A stretch of DNA of 64,000 nucleotides from Nitrosopumilus sp. (GTDB lineage: Archaea; Thermoproteota; Nitrososphaeria; Nitrososphaerales; Nitrosopumilaceae), in assembly GCA_965205215.1 (NCBI GenBank), contig OZ242041.1:160001-224000 (forward strand), written 5' to 3'. The notes below the pieces were generated by a model that had not been told where the DNA came from, searched no databases, and saw only the letters and a list, made by a program, of their open reading frames with translations. Shown here one piece after another: positions 29,695-41,209 of this stretch (its first letter is position 1; each line of letters opens with the position of its first letter). Made by a program: the position numbers and the translations under genes.

Positions 29695-30729
29695 ATGAGC
29701 TGTTCAGGAGAGATAGTCGAGGGGGAGGAGGAAGGAGCGGGCCTGATCCAGATAAGGCCCGCCGTTGCAGAGCAGCTCAAGAAGGCAAAGTACGGCGTCG
29801 CGGACCACTCGACAGTCGAGCTATGTCACTGGACGAAAAAGGCGTTCAGGGGCGAGGGAAGCTGCTACAAGCACAAGTTCTACGGCATCAGCACGCACAG
29901 GTGCATGGAGTTTTCGCCGGCCGGCATGCACTGCGAGAACCGCTGCATATACTGCTGGCGCCCCATGGAGTTTTACGAGTCGCTTAACATGGAACCCGGG
30001 CAGGTGGCAGAACCGGAGGACATACTGTCAAGCCTGATGGCGGAGAGGAAGAGGCTGATAAACGGATACTATGGCGATCCCCGAAACGACAAAAAGAGGC
30101 TCGACGAGTCGCTCCTCCCGGCCCACTACGCGATATCGCTGTCCGGGGAGCCCACGATGTACCCAAAGCTGCCGGAGCTGATACGGTACCTGTACACGCT
30201 CGAGGCCACAAAGTCAGTATTCCTGGTGACCAACGGGCAGGAGCCGCAGATGATAAGGCGCATGAAGGAGGAGCCCGATACGCTTCCCACGCAGCTGTAC
30301 CTGTCCACGAACGCGGCCGACCGCGACTCGTTCATGGAGATAAACAGGCCCAGGTACGAGGACTCTTGGGAGCGGTGGAACGAGACCCTGTCCATGCTGA
30401 GGGAGCTGCCGACCAGAACCGTCCTGCGCATAACGCTGATCAGGGGATACAACGACCGCGATGACATGGTGCCGGCCTTTGCAAGGATGCTTGACGAGTC
30501 AAGCCCGCACTTTGTGGAGATAAAGTCCTACATGCACATAGGGCGCTCCAGAAACAGGCTCGAGCGCGACGACATGCTGGAGATGGGCGAGGTAAGGAAG
30601 TTCGCTGAGGGCGTGGCGCGCCGCAGCGACTCGTTCTTTGTTATGGACGAGAGCGAGATATCAAGAATTGTCATACTGCAAAACGGCAGTCGGAAGATCA
30701 ACAGGTACATCGAGGCGTACGCGCAATAA
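29695..30729 (+). CDS. tyw1: 4-demethylwyosine synthase (radical SAM)
   Basis: LCHWTK, CYKHKFYGI, CENRCIYCWR, SLSGEPT, VEIKSY. Confidence 0.97.
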   Translation: MSCSGEIVEGEEEGAGLIQIRPAVAEQLKKAKYGVADHSTVELCHWTKKAFRGEGSCYKHKFYGISTHRCMEFSPAGMHCENRCIYCWRPMEFYESLNMEPGQVAEPEDILSSLMAERKRLINGYYGDPRNDKKRLDESLLPAHYAISLSGEPTMYPKLPELIRYLYTLEATKSVFLVTNGQEPQMIRRMKEEPDTLPTQLYLSTNAADRDSFMEINRPRYEDSWERWNETLSMLRELPTRTVLRITLIRGYNDRDDMVPAFARMLDESSPHFVEIKSYMHIGRSRNRLERDDMLEMGEVRKFAEGVARRSDSFFVMDESEISRIVILQNGSRKINRYIEAYAQ

Positions 30730-30821
30730 GCGGGCGCGGACGTGCCGGCGAAGCTTGACAGGATACAGCTCAAGGACTTGGCATCCCGCTCGATTCACAG
30801 TGTGTGCAAGTTATACCGGGC

Positions 30822-30854
30822 CATCATCATCATCATCATAATCATCATCATCAT
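30822..30854. repeat. (CAT)n microsatellite, 11 units with one variant
   Basis: Seen directly in the sequence. Confidence 0.95.
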
Positions 30855-30985
30855 GTATTTCAACTCTGATACTTGAGTCGGGGGCGGACATAGATGCAGT
30901 AACCACAAGTCCGCCGATGATAAATTGTAATCAACATGTCAAAAACAATTGCAACCTTGGTAAAAATGCCCATGCCCCCAAGTGA

Positions 30986-31552
30986 CTAACCCGCGTACCA
31001 TTCTGCAAACGCCTTTAGCGCACCGGTCCGGTGCGAGGCCCCGATCTTTTGATCAGGGCCCATCTCCGCAAACGTCTTGTCCTGGCCGTCCGGCACGAAC
31101 ACGGGGTCGTACCCCCAGCTCTTTTCGCCCCGCAATATCTCGGAGATCACCCCGCTCACCGACGCCTCAAACGCGCGGCTCTCCGAGCCATCGTCGTACG
31201 CAATGGCAGCAGAGAACGTGGCGCGCCTGTCGCCGCTGCCGTCAAGCAGTCTCAGGATGCCCGCGATCCCGATCGTGCGCAGGGCATAAGATGAGTACGC
31301 CCCGGGGAAGCCGCCCAACGCCCCGATGAACAGCCCGTCGTCCTCCACGATAACGGGCCTGCCAAGCCTGCCGTACGCGTCGCGCGCCTTTGCCCGCGCT
31401 ATTACGGCAAGCTCGTCGGACTGGACTTCCTGCAGGCGGGCGCGCTCGTACTCGACCCGCACACCGAGGCCCCTCAGCACCGGCAGCGCCTCGTCATACT
31501 TGTGGCGGTTTGAGGATACAAACCGCACTGTATCGTCAGACGACCGTCGCAT
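30986..31552 (-). CDS. rdgB: RdgB/HAM1 non-canonical purine NTP pyrophosphatase
   Basis: SSNRHK, VEDDGL, GFPGAYS, WGYDPVF, SHR. Confidence 0.96.
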   Translation of the reverse strand: MRRSSDDTVRFVSSNRHKYDEALPVLRGLGVRVEYERARLQEVQSDELAVIARAKARDAYGRLGRPVIVEDDGLFIGALGGFPGAYSSYALRTIGIAGILRLLDGSGDRRATFSAAIAYDDGSESRAFEASVSGVISEILRGEKSWGYDPVFVPDGQDKTFAEMGPDQKIGASHRTGALKAFAEWYAG

Positions 31553-32162
31553 ATCGTCCGCGCCCCTCTATAACCGAGACGAGCCGCACTATCTTTGCGC
31601 GCCTCTCGTATCCGACTGCCCGCGCGTACCCCTGCAAAAGCTTCTTCCAGGACTCGGCCATTATACGCGCGTGCGCGCTGTTGAGGATCTCCTTTATGAG
31701 CCGCATGTCGACGGCGTGATCCTCCGGCTTGGAGGTGCTCTGCGAGAGCCCAAAGTCTATCATGTACAGCTCGTCGCGCCCGCCGTCATATACAAAGTTC
31801 GACGTGGTCAGATCCCCGTGCATTATGCCGCTCCTGTGCAGGGTTCCGACCATGCGGCCCATGCGGGCGGACAGCCCCACTATGTCGTCGTCCGGCAGGC
31901 CCTGCACCACAGAGCCCGGGACGTCCTGCATTATAATGGCATAATTCGCGGTGTCCACCAGATATACGAGCGGGGTGGTCACGCCGAGGGAGCGCGCGTG
32001 TGACAGCATCTGAGACTCGCGCGAGGTGCGCTGGCGCCTTATGCGCGCGTCCAGCTGCGGGACGCGGTAGCCCTTTGGCTTTCTGACCTTTAGTATTGCG
32101 GCCCTTCCGTTCCACGAGCCGCGGTATATGTCGGCCTCGGCCCCTTTCTTTACCAGCTTCAT
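31536..32162 (-). CDS. bud32: KEOPS kinase Bud32
   Basis: KGAEA, HGDLTTSN, IDFGL, EDHAVD, RGRY. Confidence 0.97.
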   Translation of the reverse strand: MKLVKKGAEADIYRGSWNGRAAILKVRKPKGYRVPQLDARIRRQRTSRESQMLSHARSLGVTTPLVYLVDTANYAIIMQDVPGSVVQGLPDDDIVGLSARMGRMVGTLHRSGIMHGDLTTSNFVYDGGRDELYMIDFGLSQSTSKPEDHAVDMRLIKEILNSAHARIMAESWKKLLQGYARAVGYERRAKIVRLVSVIEGRGRYATVV

Positions 32163-32204
32163 CGCAAGTCACGGCGGGTTGCGTCAGCTATCATTATAAC
32201 CATA

Positions 32205-32558
32205 ATGATCCAAAGTCGGAGCATGGAGGACGGGGAGAAGAGAATAAGGCAGGAGGACTGCAGCGAGGACGGACTGGGGCCTGGCATACTGACCCTGACA
32301 AACAGGCGTATCGCGTTTGACAAGACAAGGGCCCGCATAATGGACTTTAGCAAGAACGTGGGAGACACCGTGCTTGACGTCCCACTCAGGAGCGTCACCA
32401 AGACGTGGAAGGAAGGGCTGCTCATGAAGAAGGTGTGCTTTACGGCGAGGACCGCACAGGGCGAGGACACATACAAGTTCGGCGTATTCAGCCCGGGAAG
32501 CTGGAGGGACGCGATAAGCGAGGCAGTCGAGGACGACGCCAGTAGCCAGCAGGAATAG
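32205..32558 (+). CDS. Hypothetical protein, probable PH-like fold
   Basis: G.LTLTNRRIAF and C-terminal W helix typical of PH/GRAM-like domains. Confidence 0.7.
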   Translation: MIQSRSMEDGEKRIRQEDCSEDGLGPGILTLTNRRIAFDKTRARIMDFSKNVGDTVLDVPLRSVTKTWKEGLLMKKVCFTARTAQGEDTYKFGVFSPGSWRDAISEAVEDDASSQQE

Positions 32559-33743
<1,185 letters not shown>

Positions 33744-33784
33744 CCTCCACCATACGCGTCACGCAGCCTGCTCCGTCACGATCA

Positions 33785-34999
33785 TCATCCCCTGCTCATG
33801 GTCGACACGATCTTTATCACGTCGCCGTCGCTTAGCTGCTTGTCCCCGCTTATCCGCTGCTTTGTCTTGCAGTCTATGGCGTGCAGGAGCCCCTCGGCCA
33901 GGTCCGCGTGGACTGAGGCGGCCAGGTCCCGGACGGTGGATCCGCGGGGCACCAGCCGGGAGTCGGGCAGCACCTGCCCGTCCTTGTTCGTAAGTCGGGT
34001 CTCGTCCTCCACCGGATAGACCACGATGTACCCCAGAATCTCAAAGACTGCCGTGTCAAGCAGTTTCTGCACGCCCGTGTCAGACATGCGGGACAGGATG
34101 GCGTCCGCCATGTCGAGCGCCTTTCTCTGCGGCGGCGCCAGCTTGTCCGCGGCGCCCGGCGCGATCTCAAACGAGCCGGCGCCCGGAGCGTACGTGATCA
34201 CACCAGCCTTGGCCGCCTTTCGCAGCAGCAGCTCCGTCTCGGCGCTGCACGGGACCACCCGCGCGCCGTCCGACGCACCGGCAAGGGCCGCTGCCGCGTC
34301 CCGGATGCCGCCGCTGCACAGGTCGGCCTTGTTTGCAGCGATTATCATCGGCTTTGCGTCTGCGCGCAGGCGGCGCGCAAAGGATACGGTGTCGGACTCG
34401 GACCACTCGGCGGGCCCGCGCCCCTCAAGGTTCATGCCCGCAAGGACGCGGTGCACGTCGGACGCGGTTAGGCCCAGCCCCGAGAACCGCTCGGCGATGC
34501 CGTCTGCCAGCTTTGTGCGCTTTTGGCCAACCTCGCGGATTATCCTGTCCCAGTCGCGCATCAGTATGTCTGCAAACCACAGGTCGAACTCGTCCCTCAC
34601 GAACCTGACGTCCTCGGCCGGGTCGTGCGTGCCGGCCGCGACCGGCTGCCCCTGTATGTCGGTGGTCCCGGCCGCGTCCACCACATGTATCAGGATCTCG
34701 GCCTGCCGCGCATTGTCAAGGAACTTGTTTCCAAGCCCCTTGCCCTCGTGCGCCCCGGGCACCAGCCCGGCCACGTCGATCAGCCGCACGGGCACCAGCC
34801 GGGTGCCGTCCCGGCACAGGTCGTTCTGGTGCTCGATCCCAAAGTGCGCGCAGGCGCACCTGGTCTCCACGTGCGCTACCCCCACGTTGGGCTCGATCGT
34901 AGTGAATGGAAAGTTTCCCGACGGTACGGCAACCTCCGTCGCGGCCGAGAAGAATGTCGACTTGCCCACGTTTGCCTTGCCCAGCAGCCCAATCTGCAT
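33785..34999 (-). CDS. ychF: Obg-family YchF-like ATPase/GTPase with TGS domain
   Basis: GKANVGKST, FPFTTIEPN, DVAGLVPGAHEGKGLGN, ANKAD. Confidence 0.93.
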   Translation of the reverse strand: MQIGLLGKANVGKSTFFSAATEVAVPSGNFPFTTIEPNVGVAHVETRCACAHFGIEHQNDLCRDGTRLVPVRLIDVAGLVPGAHEGKGLGNKFLDNARQAEILIHVVDAAGTTDIQGQPVAAGTHDPAEDVRFVRDEFDLWFADILMRDWDRIIREVGQKRTKLADGIAERFSGLGLTASDVHRVLAGMNLEGRGPAEWSESDTVSFARRLRADAKPMIIAANKADLCSGGIRDAAAALAGASDGARVVPCSAETELLLRKAAKAGVITYAPGAGSFEIAPGAADKLAPPQRKALDMADAILSRMSDTGVQKLLDTAVFEILGYIVVYPVEDETRLTNKDGQVLPDSRLVPRGSTVRDLAASVHADLAEGLLHAIDCKTKQRISGDKQLSDGDVIKIVSTMSRG

Positions 35000-35052
35000 A
35001 AGGCGACGGCGGCCGCCTGCTTCATATTAGTATCGCATCACAAAGTGCGCCA

Positions 35053-35793
35053 ATGGACAATGCGGACATCTCAGGGGAAGGAAGGGACCGCCGGCGCATC
35101 ATACTGATAACCGGCACTCCCGGGGTCGGCAAACATACCGTGGCCAGGGCCCTCCAGTCCCGGATGGCGCAGGCGGGGGACGCGGGCTGGCAGATTATCG
35201 ACATAAACGAGGTGGCGCGCGCGGAGGGGCTGCTTGATGCCGCGGGGAGCTACGACCCCGCGTCGGACACGACTGACGTGGATGCCAATACACTGTCAGG
35301 CGCGGCGCGCGGCGCACTCGCGGCCCCGGGCAGGTACATCGTCGTGGGGCACCTGGCGCCGTATGCGGTGCCGGCCGACGACGTGGTGCTTGCAGCCGTA
35401 CTGAGGAGAAACCCGTACGAGCTGATCAGGGTGTACGAGGAGAGGGGGTACTCGGAACGCAAGGCAAAGGAGAACGCGGGGGCCGAGATGCTCGGGACCA
35501 TATCGTTTGACACGTACGCTGCGCGGTACGGGGCGACGGGCCAGTACGACACCACCGGCAGGGAGGCGCAGGAGACTGCGCGCGTGATACTAGCCGATGC
35601 GGAGCGCATATGTCGCGTGGGCAACGGGAGCAAGGGCGGCGATGGCCGGGCGCCGCACGCAGTGTCGCCTGATTCACCGGACGCAAGTGGCACGTGGGAG
35701 CCCGGCGAGCGCATAGGCTGGCTTGCCGACAAAACCGCGTACGAGAAGATGCTCAGGGACATCGTGCCCGGCTGGCCCGGCGGCACGGTATGA
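35053..35793 (+). CDS. Adenylate kinase 6 (Fap7/AK6) family protein
   Basis: ITGTPGVGK, VVGH, RGYSERKAKEN. Confidence 0.88.
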   Translation: MDNADISGEGRDRRRIILITGTPGVGKHTVARALQSRMAQAGDAGWQIIDINEVARAEGLLDAAGSYDPASDTTDVDANTLSGAARGALAAPGRYIVVGHLAPYAVPADDVVLAAVLRRNPYELIRVYEERGYSERKAKENAGAEMLGTISFDTYAARYGATGQYDTTGREAQETARVILADAERICRVGNGSKGGDGRAPHAVSPDSPDASGTWEPGERIGWLADKTAYEKMLRDIVPGWPGGTV

Positions 35794-35823
35794 TTAATTA
35801 GCCAATCATGGCGCGACGACTCC

Positions 35824-37467
35824 ATGCGGTTTGAGATTCAAAAGACGGATCTGGCCGCCCGCATAGGCAGGATGCAGACGGGACACGGGACGGTGGAGAC
35901 CCCCGCGTACGTGCCGGTCATACATCCCGCAAAGCAGACCATTCCGGCATCCCGCATCAAGGAGATGGGCTTTGAGATCGTGATAACAAACGCATACATC
36001 ACAAGGAACACCTACGGCCACGACGAGGCCGTCAGGCGCGGCATACACGACATCATCAAGTACGACGGAGCCATAATGACTGACTCGGGCGGATACCAAG
36101 TGCTCGAATACGGCAAGGTCGGGGTCACCCCGCCGGAGATGGCCGAGTTTGAGAGGGGCATACGCACCGACTTTGCCATCCCGCTGGACAAGCCGACGGG
36201 GTTCGGCATGGGGCGCGATGCCGCAAAGTCGTACGTCAGGGACACGCTCAGGGTGTCAAGGGAGGCCCTGCGTGCTGCCGAGGGCGCAAACGGCGGCGAC
36301 AGCGGCCAGACGTGGATAGGCCCCATCCAGGGCGGGGAGCACCGGGACCTGGTGGCAAGGTCGACCAAGAGCCTGGTGAGGATGGGCTTTGAGATGCTGG
36401 CGCTCGGCAGCCCCGTGGAGTTCATGGAGTCGTACGAGTACAGGCTGCTGGCCGAGATGATCGCGACTGCAAAGCGCAGCATGCCTCATGGCATACCACT
36501 CCACCTGTTCGGGGCAGGCCACCCGCTTACGATACCGCTTGCCGTCGCGCTCGGATGCGACACGTTCGACTCGGCGTCGTACATACTGTACGCAAAGCAC
36601 GGCCGGTACATGACCGAGGACGGCACGCGCATGCTGGACGAGATCGAGTACTTTCCGTGCTGCTGCGCCGTGTGCTCCAAGTATGAGCCCGACGAGCTGC
36701 GCCTCATGCCGCAGGAGCAGAGGGTCAACAACATAGCGGTGCACAACCTGTACGCGATAAAGCTCGAGGTGGACAGGACAAAGCAGGCGATTACCGAGGG
36801 CAGGCTGTGGGAGTATGTCATGAAGAAGTCAAGGGCGCACCCCAGGTTGTACGAGGCCGTCACGCACCTGATGACGCCGTCGTCTTCTTCTTTGCCATTG
36901 TCGTCAGCGTCGCCGTCACCAACATCGGCGGCGGCGCCGCTGGATATCAGCGGCATGTTCAGGGCCGGAACGCCCCAGTACAAGCAAAAGGCCGCCTTCC
37001 TGTACGGGGCGGAGGACCAGCACAGGCCCGAGGTTGCCGCATACCACGACATCGTGCGCAAGTTCCGGACTAGGAAGAGCATCGTCGCGATAACCCCCGA
37101 GTCCCACACAAAGCCCGGATACATGTCACGCGAGTACAGGGAGCTGTACAAGCGGAGCAGAGAAAGTGATGACGTCCAGTTCTGCCAGTACAGCCCCATA
37201 CTTGGGATAATACCAATCGAGATATCCGACGTATACCCGGCGGCGCACCACGAACAGGCGCGCGTGCGCGTGGATCCGGCCGCGTGCACGGAGTTTGCCA
37301 AGACGTGGGACGCGTTCTTTGATAACAACGAATTTGCAGAGGTCTGGTACGACAAGGGCGACGCGTTCCTGGGCCATTTTGCAAAGAGGCTCAAGGGCGT
37401 GAAAAAGCGCAGCATGAAGGGGGCGGCAACAGCAGCCGCGGCACGCCGAACCGGCGCCGCGCCGTAG
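35824..37467 (+). CDS. tgtA: Archaeosine tRNA-guanine(15) transglycosylase, catalytic part
   Basis: ETPAYVPV, MTDSGGYQ, PIQGG, HLFGAG, GCDTFDSA, CCCAVC Zn site, HNL. Confidence 0.96.
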   Translation: MRFEIQKTDLAARIGRMQTGHGTVETPAYVPVIHPAKQTIPASRIKEMGFEIVITNAYITRNTYGHDEAVRRGIHDIIKYDGAIMTDSGGYQVLEYGKVGVTPPEMAEFERGIRTDFAIPLDKPTGFGMGRDAAKSYVRDTLRVSREALRAAEGANGGDSGQTWIGPIQGGEHRDLVARSTKSLVRMGFEMLALGSPVEFMESYEYRLLAEMIATAKRSMPHGIPLHLFGAGHPLTIPLAVALGCDTFDSASYILYAKHGRYMTEDGTRMLDEIEYFPCCCAVCSKYEPDELRLMPQEQRVNNIAVHNLYAIKLEVDRTKQAITEGRLWEYVMKKSRAHPRLYEAVTHLMTPSSSSLPLSSASPSPTSAAAPLDISGMFRAGTPQYKQKAAFLYGAEDQHRPEVAAYHDIVRKFRTRKSIVAITPESHTKPGYMSREYRELYKRSRESDDVQFCQYSPILGIIPIEISDVYPAAHHEQARVRVDPAACTEFAKTWDAFFDNNEFAEVWYDKGDAFLGHFAKRLKGVKKRSMKGAATAAAARRTGAAP

Positions 37468-37509
37468 TACAATCGTCCAAGTAAAATAAAGAAGAAAGAA
37501 AAAGAGCGG

Positions 37510-37812
37510 TTATAGTGCCGCATCTTCGGCCCAGCCGTTTACGAAGACACCGTTCTTGTGGAGCGGTACCGGCTGACCGGCGGTATAGTTCATCGGCCTC
37601 ATCCAGAAGATGGACTTTGTCGGGCACACGCCAATGCATGCGCCGTCAGAGATGCATCTCTCCGGGTAAAAGACAAATGCCTTACCTCTCTTCCAGCCTT
37701 CGACTGGCTTTACTCTGAGGACATCGGGTCCCAGTGTTGTACAGATCTCCACGCACAGCGCGCAACCAATACACCTCTGCTCGTCAATGTCCGGCAGTAT
37801 TGCTATAGGCAT
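37510..37812 (-). CDS. Dicluster 4Fe-4S ferredoxin
   Basis: CIGCALCVEIC and CISDGACIGVCP (Asp at the second ligand position). Confidence 0.93.
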   Translation of the reverse strand: MPIAILPDIDEQRCIGCALCVEICTTLGPDVLRVKPVEGWKRGKAFVFYPERCISDGACIGVCPTKSIFWMRPMNYTAGQPVPLHKNGVFVNGWAEDAAL

Positions 37813-37941
37813 TACAAACCATCTTCGGCTATTTACTATTTAAACTGTGAGCTGATATCATAACCCTGTTATGAAACGGATCCCAGCCCTTTGATGCACA
37901 CAAAACAAAAGAAAAGAGAAAACGGGCCCAAAGCCACGCTA

Positions 37942-38154
37942 TTACTTTCTCATTGCGTCGATCTGACCGGATGTGACCCAGTCAAGAAGTTCAGCAGAAC
38001 TCGGATTCAGGTCAGCCTTCTGATTCATCAGATTATTAACCCAGATCCAGTTAATTTGGTTCAGAAGGGGCTTGTTGTCCTCGTCGCCGGCACGGACCTT
38101 TTTTACAAGATCGGCGTCCTGCTGGGCAAGCCACTCTTCGAAGGTTCTACCCAT
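37942..38154 (-). CDS. Conserved thaumarchaeal hypothetical protein
   Basis: MGRTFEEW...NQINWIWV; TATA upstream and T-rich terminator downstream. Confidence 0.8.
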   Translation of the reverse strand: MGRTFEEWLAQQDADLVKKVRAGDEDNKPLLNQINWIWVNNLMNQKADLNPSSAELLDWVTSGQIDAMRK

Positions 38155-38327
38155 GAACAGCAGGAATAGATTATAGTAATTAAAGCTTTTGAAGATTTCA
38201 CGGTGTGCGTAATAAAGGGCCGCCGGGGCTGGGCTGCAGACGGGGCGCCGGCCGGTGCGATCTGCATTGCGCGCCGCACGAGGGCAAAAAAGAAGGTTTT
38301 AACGTAGACGTTTTTGGACGTTAATTC

Positions 38328-39623
38328 TTGGATGTGCGAGTACTGGGGGCGGCCGGCGAGGTAGGAAGGTCCGGCTTTCTTGTCAACTGCGAGGGCGCCA
38401 ACATACTGCTAGACTACGGGGTGATGTTCGGCAGGAGGGGATCCCCGCCCACGTACCCGCTGCACGTCAGGCCCAAGGACCTGGACGCCATAGTAATAAC
38501 GCACGCGCACCTGGACCACTCGGGGTGCGTCCCCTCCATGTTTGTCAGCGGCAGGACGGACGTCTACGCGACGCCGCCCACGCTCGACCTGTCCGAGCTG
38601 CTGATAGCGGACATGCTAAAGATAGAGAAGAACGCGCACCAGTTCGACATGCCGGAGCTCAACAGGATGATGAAGAGCGCAAAGGGCATCGGGTACAAGC
38701 AGCGCGTATCAAAGGGCGACGCGACGTTTGAGCTGCGCGAGTCGGGCCACGTCGTGGGCGGGAGCACGGTACTGGTAGAGTCGGGCAAAAAGAGGCTGTT
38801 TTACACCGGCGACATAAAGACCAACGGATCCCGGATGCTCCGCGAGGCGGACCTCGACGTGGGGGAGATTGACATGCTGATTACCGAAAGCACGTACTCG
38901 CAGACGGTGCAGACGCCCAGGGCCGAGTCCGAGCGCGATTTGGTGGATTTTGCAAACGAGGTGATGGATCGGAAGGGCGTCCTCTTCATACCGTCGTTCT
39001 CCGTGGAGCGGTCGCAGGAGATCGCCTGCGTACTGCGCGCCGCCAACTTCAAGCACAGGATAATCATGGACGGCATGGCGCTAAAGGTCAACGACATAAT
39101 ATTCAGGCACCCCGAGTATCTCCGCGACCCGGAAGTCTTCAAGAGCGCCATAAAGGACTCGGTCGCCATAAGGGACCACGGCCACCGCAAGCGCATCCTG
39201 AGGGACGCAAAGGCAGCCGACGGCAGCTACGCGGAGCCGTGCGTCGTGATATCGCCCGCGGGCATGCTGGTCGGGGGCAACGCGGTCTTTTACCTGCAGG
39301 AGCTGGCGTTTGAGAAGAGGAACGGGATAGCCCTCGTGTCGTACCAGGGAGAGGGCACGCCGGGCAGGATGCTGCTGGATACCGGCAAGGTGGAGGCGCG
39401 CGGCAAGGAGATCAAGGTGGAGGCCGAGGTCAGAAAGTTCGAGTTTTCGGGGCACGCGGACAGGAACGAGCTCTTTGCCATGCTAAAGAGGATAGAGGGC
39501 GACCCCAAGGTGCTCGCGGTGCACGGGGACGGTGAGTCCTGCACCGCGTTTGCGCAGGAGATCCACGACGAGTTCGGGTGGGAGGCGCAGGTCCCCGCCG
39601 CAAACGACACGATACCGGTCTGA
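38328..39623 (+). CDS. MBL-fold beta-CASP ribonuclease (aCPSF2-like)
   Basis: GAAGEVGRS, THAHLDHSG, GHVVG, YTGD, ESTY, FSGHAD, VHGD. Confidence 0.93.
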   Translation: MDVRVLGAAGEVGRSGFLVNCEGANILLDYGVMFGRRGSPPTYPLHVRPKDLDAIVITHAHLDHSGCVPSMFVSGRTDVYATPPTLDLSELLIADMLKIEKNAHQFDMPELNRMMKSAKGIGYKQRVSKGDATFELRESGHVVGGSTVLVESGKKRLFYTGDIKTNGSRMLREADLDVGEIDMLITESTYSQTVQTPRAESERDLVDFANEVMDRKGVLFIPSFSVERSQEIACVLRAANFKHRIIMDGMALKVNDIIFRHPEYLRDPEVFKSAIKDSVAIRDHGHRKRILRDAKAADGSYAEPCVVISPAGMLVGGNAVFYLQELAFEKRNGIALVSYQGEGTPGRMLLDTGKVEARGKEIKVEAEVRKFEFSGHADRNELFAMLKRIEGDPKVLAVHGDGESCTAFAQEIHDEFGWEAQVPAANDTIPV

Positions 39624-39624
39624 G

Positions 39625-40581
39625 ATGCGGCGTTCGGGTGGCTCAAGCAAGGGAGCGGGCCGCGCGGCAATCGACGTGGCAGACACAATGAACAGTGGGC
39701 AGGTGTTCCTGTGGAAAACCATACAGAAGAAAGGGAAAGGGATGTGGTGGTACGGCGTCCAGGGCCAGGAGATACTCAGGGTCGACGGGCGCACGGGAAG
39801 GACCAGCACGTACCACAAGGGCGGTAGGTGGGCCGCGTACAAAAAGGATTTGTTCAGGGACTCGGACAACCCAGGTCGCATACCGGAGTCGATGCCGCAG
39901 GACGACACAACTGTGGAGGCCGCGCGCAGGTACCGCAACCTGAGGATCATCAGGCAGGACCCGTACCAATGTATGATATCGTTCATCACGTCTGCAAACT
40001 CCAACATACGGCGCATAACAGACAATCTCTCGCGCATGGCGGAGACGTTTGGCAGGCCCGTGGATGCGGGGGGCAGCGCGGGTATGATGCATCGCTTTCC
40101 CGCGCCGTCGGCGCTCGCGGGCGCAACGATACGGGAGATACAAAAGTGCGGCGTCGGGTACCGCGCCGCGTACATCAAGGAGGCGTCGGAGATGGTCGAG
40201 TCAGGCGAGGTCGACTTTGGGCACATCAAGAAGATGAAAGACTATGATAACATGATGGACGCAATGCTCGCCATACCGGGCGTCGGAAACAAGGTGGCCG
40301 ACTGCATAATGCTGTTTTCGCTTGAGAGGTTGGACGCGTTCCCGCTTGACAGGTGGATGCTCCGCGTCCTGAACACGCACTACGGCGACGTGTTCGGGAG
40401 CCAGAGGTCTCATGCAGTATCGTCATCGTCGTCACCACTAGAACACCTGACCGACAAACGGTACAGGGCCGCGCACAGCAAAATCACAGAATACTTTGGG
40501 CCGTACGCAGGGTATGCACAACAGTGGCTCTTCAAGATGGCCAGGGACGACGCAGGTGCCTCTTGGAGGCAGAAGATATGA
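39625..40581 (+). CDS. 8-oxoguanine DNA glycosylase (OGG1-type, HhH-GPD)
   Basis: SGQVFLW, LRIIRQDP, GVGYRA, PGVGNKVADC, FPLD, YAGYAQQWLF. Confidence 0.92.
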   Translation: MRRSGGSSKGAGRAAIDVADTMNSGQVFLWKTIQKKGKGMWWYGVQGQEILRVDGRTGRTSTYHKGGRWAAYKKDLFRDSDNPGRIPESMPQDDTTVEAARRYRNLRIIRQDPYQCMISFITSANSNIRRITDNLSRMAETFGRPVDAGGSAGMMHRFPAPSALAGATIREIQKCGVGYRAAYIKEASEMVESGEVDFGHIKKMKDYDNMMDAMLAIPGVGNKVADCIMLFSLERLDAFPLDRWMLRVLNTHYGDVFGSQRSHAVSSSSSPLEHLTDKRYRAAHSKITEYFGPYAGYAQQWLFKMARDDAGASWRQKI

Positions 40582-40679
40582 CATGGCACACTGATAGAAA
40601 CGAGGCCATGCTCTGATACAGACGCGCCATGCAATCAAGCGACACGGCATACGGATGCACGCGGTTTGAAATGATTAGA

Positions 40680-40891
40680 ATAGAGTCCTTTAACAAGAAC
40701 ATGCTGAGACATGGGGGGAAGGTGGTCAGAGAGCACAAGCGTGACGATTCCACGATCGTCAGAGGACTACAAAACTACCACAACTTCATACGGCTATACC
40801 CGGCATAGACGGGAACATGTTGGTGGACCAGGCAAGAACCAAGGTCATGGGAACCAACAAGGGGTTGACGATCATTCAGAATGCGGCCAAG
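40680..40891 (+). pseudogene. Frameshifted C-terminal remnant of an IS6-like DDE transposase
   Basis: Translates as IESFNKNMLRH..KVVREHKRDDSTIVRGLQNYHNFIR, then after a frameshift GIDGN...TKVMGTNKGLTIIQNAAK, matching the recalled tail of archaeal DDE transposases. Confidence 0.65.
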
Positions 40892-40937
40892 TCGACAGAA
40901 TCAGCAGGGTTAAAAGTTCAACCTGTGCAATAACAGC

Positions 40938-41153
40938 ATGACCATACAAATCAAGATCTTTAGGGGGCAAACACATCTAGAAGAAAAGGTTAACGAGTTC
41001 TGCGGTTTACTGAATGACAAGCCTCACAACTACAAACTCAAAGACATATTGTTTCCAGACTCCGACACGTGTGTGGTTGTCTTTGAAGATCATAGAGTCC
41101 GCCATAGATTCGTCGGTTCCCAACGCTTTCCAGAGACGATCAAATTCAGCTAA
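40938..41153 (+). CDS. Small hypothetical protein
   Basis: ATG start, IQIKIF...LEEKVNEF pattern; AT-rich. Confidence 0.5.
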   Translation: MTIQIKIFRGQTHLEEKVNEFCGLLNDKPHNYKLKDILFPDSDTCVVVFEDHRVRHRFVGSQRFPETIKFS

Positions 41154-41209
41154 CTTTCCAATACCTTGCCAAAAAAACCCTTAAAACCGCACGGGGTTGC
41201 AAGCTTCTT

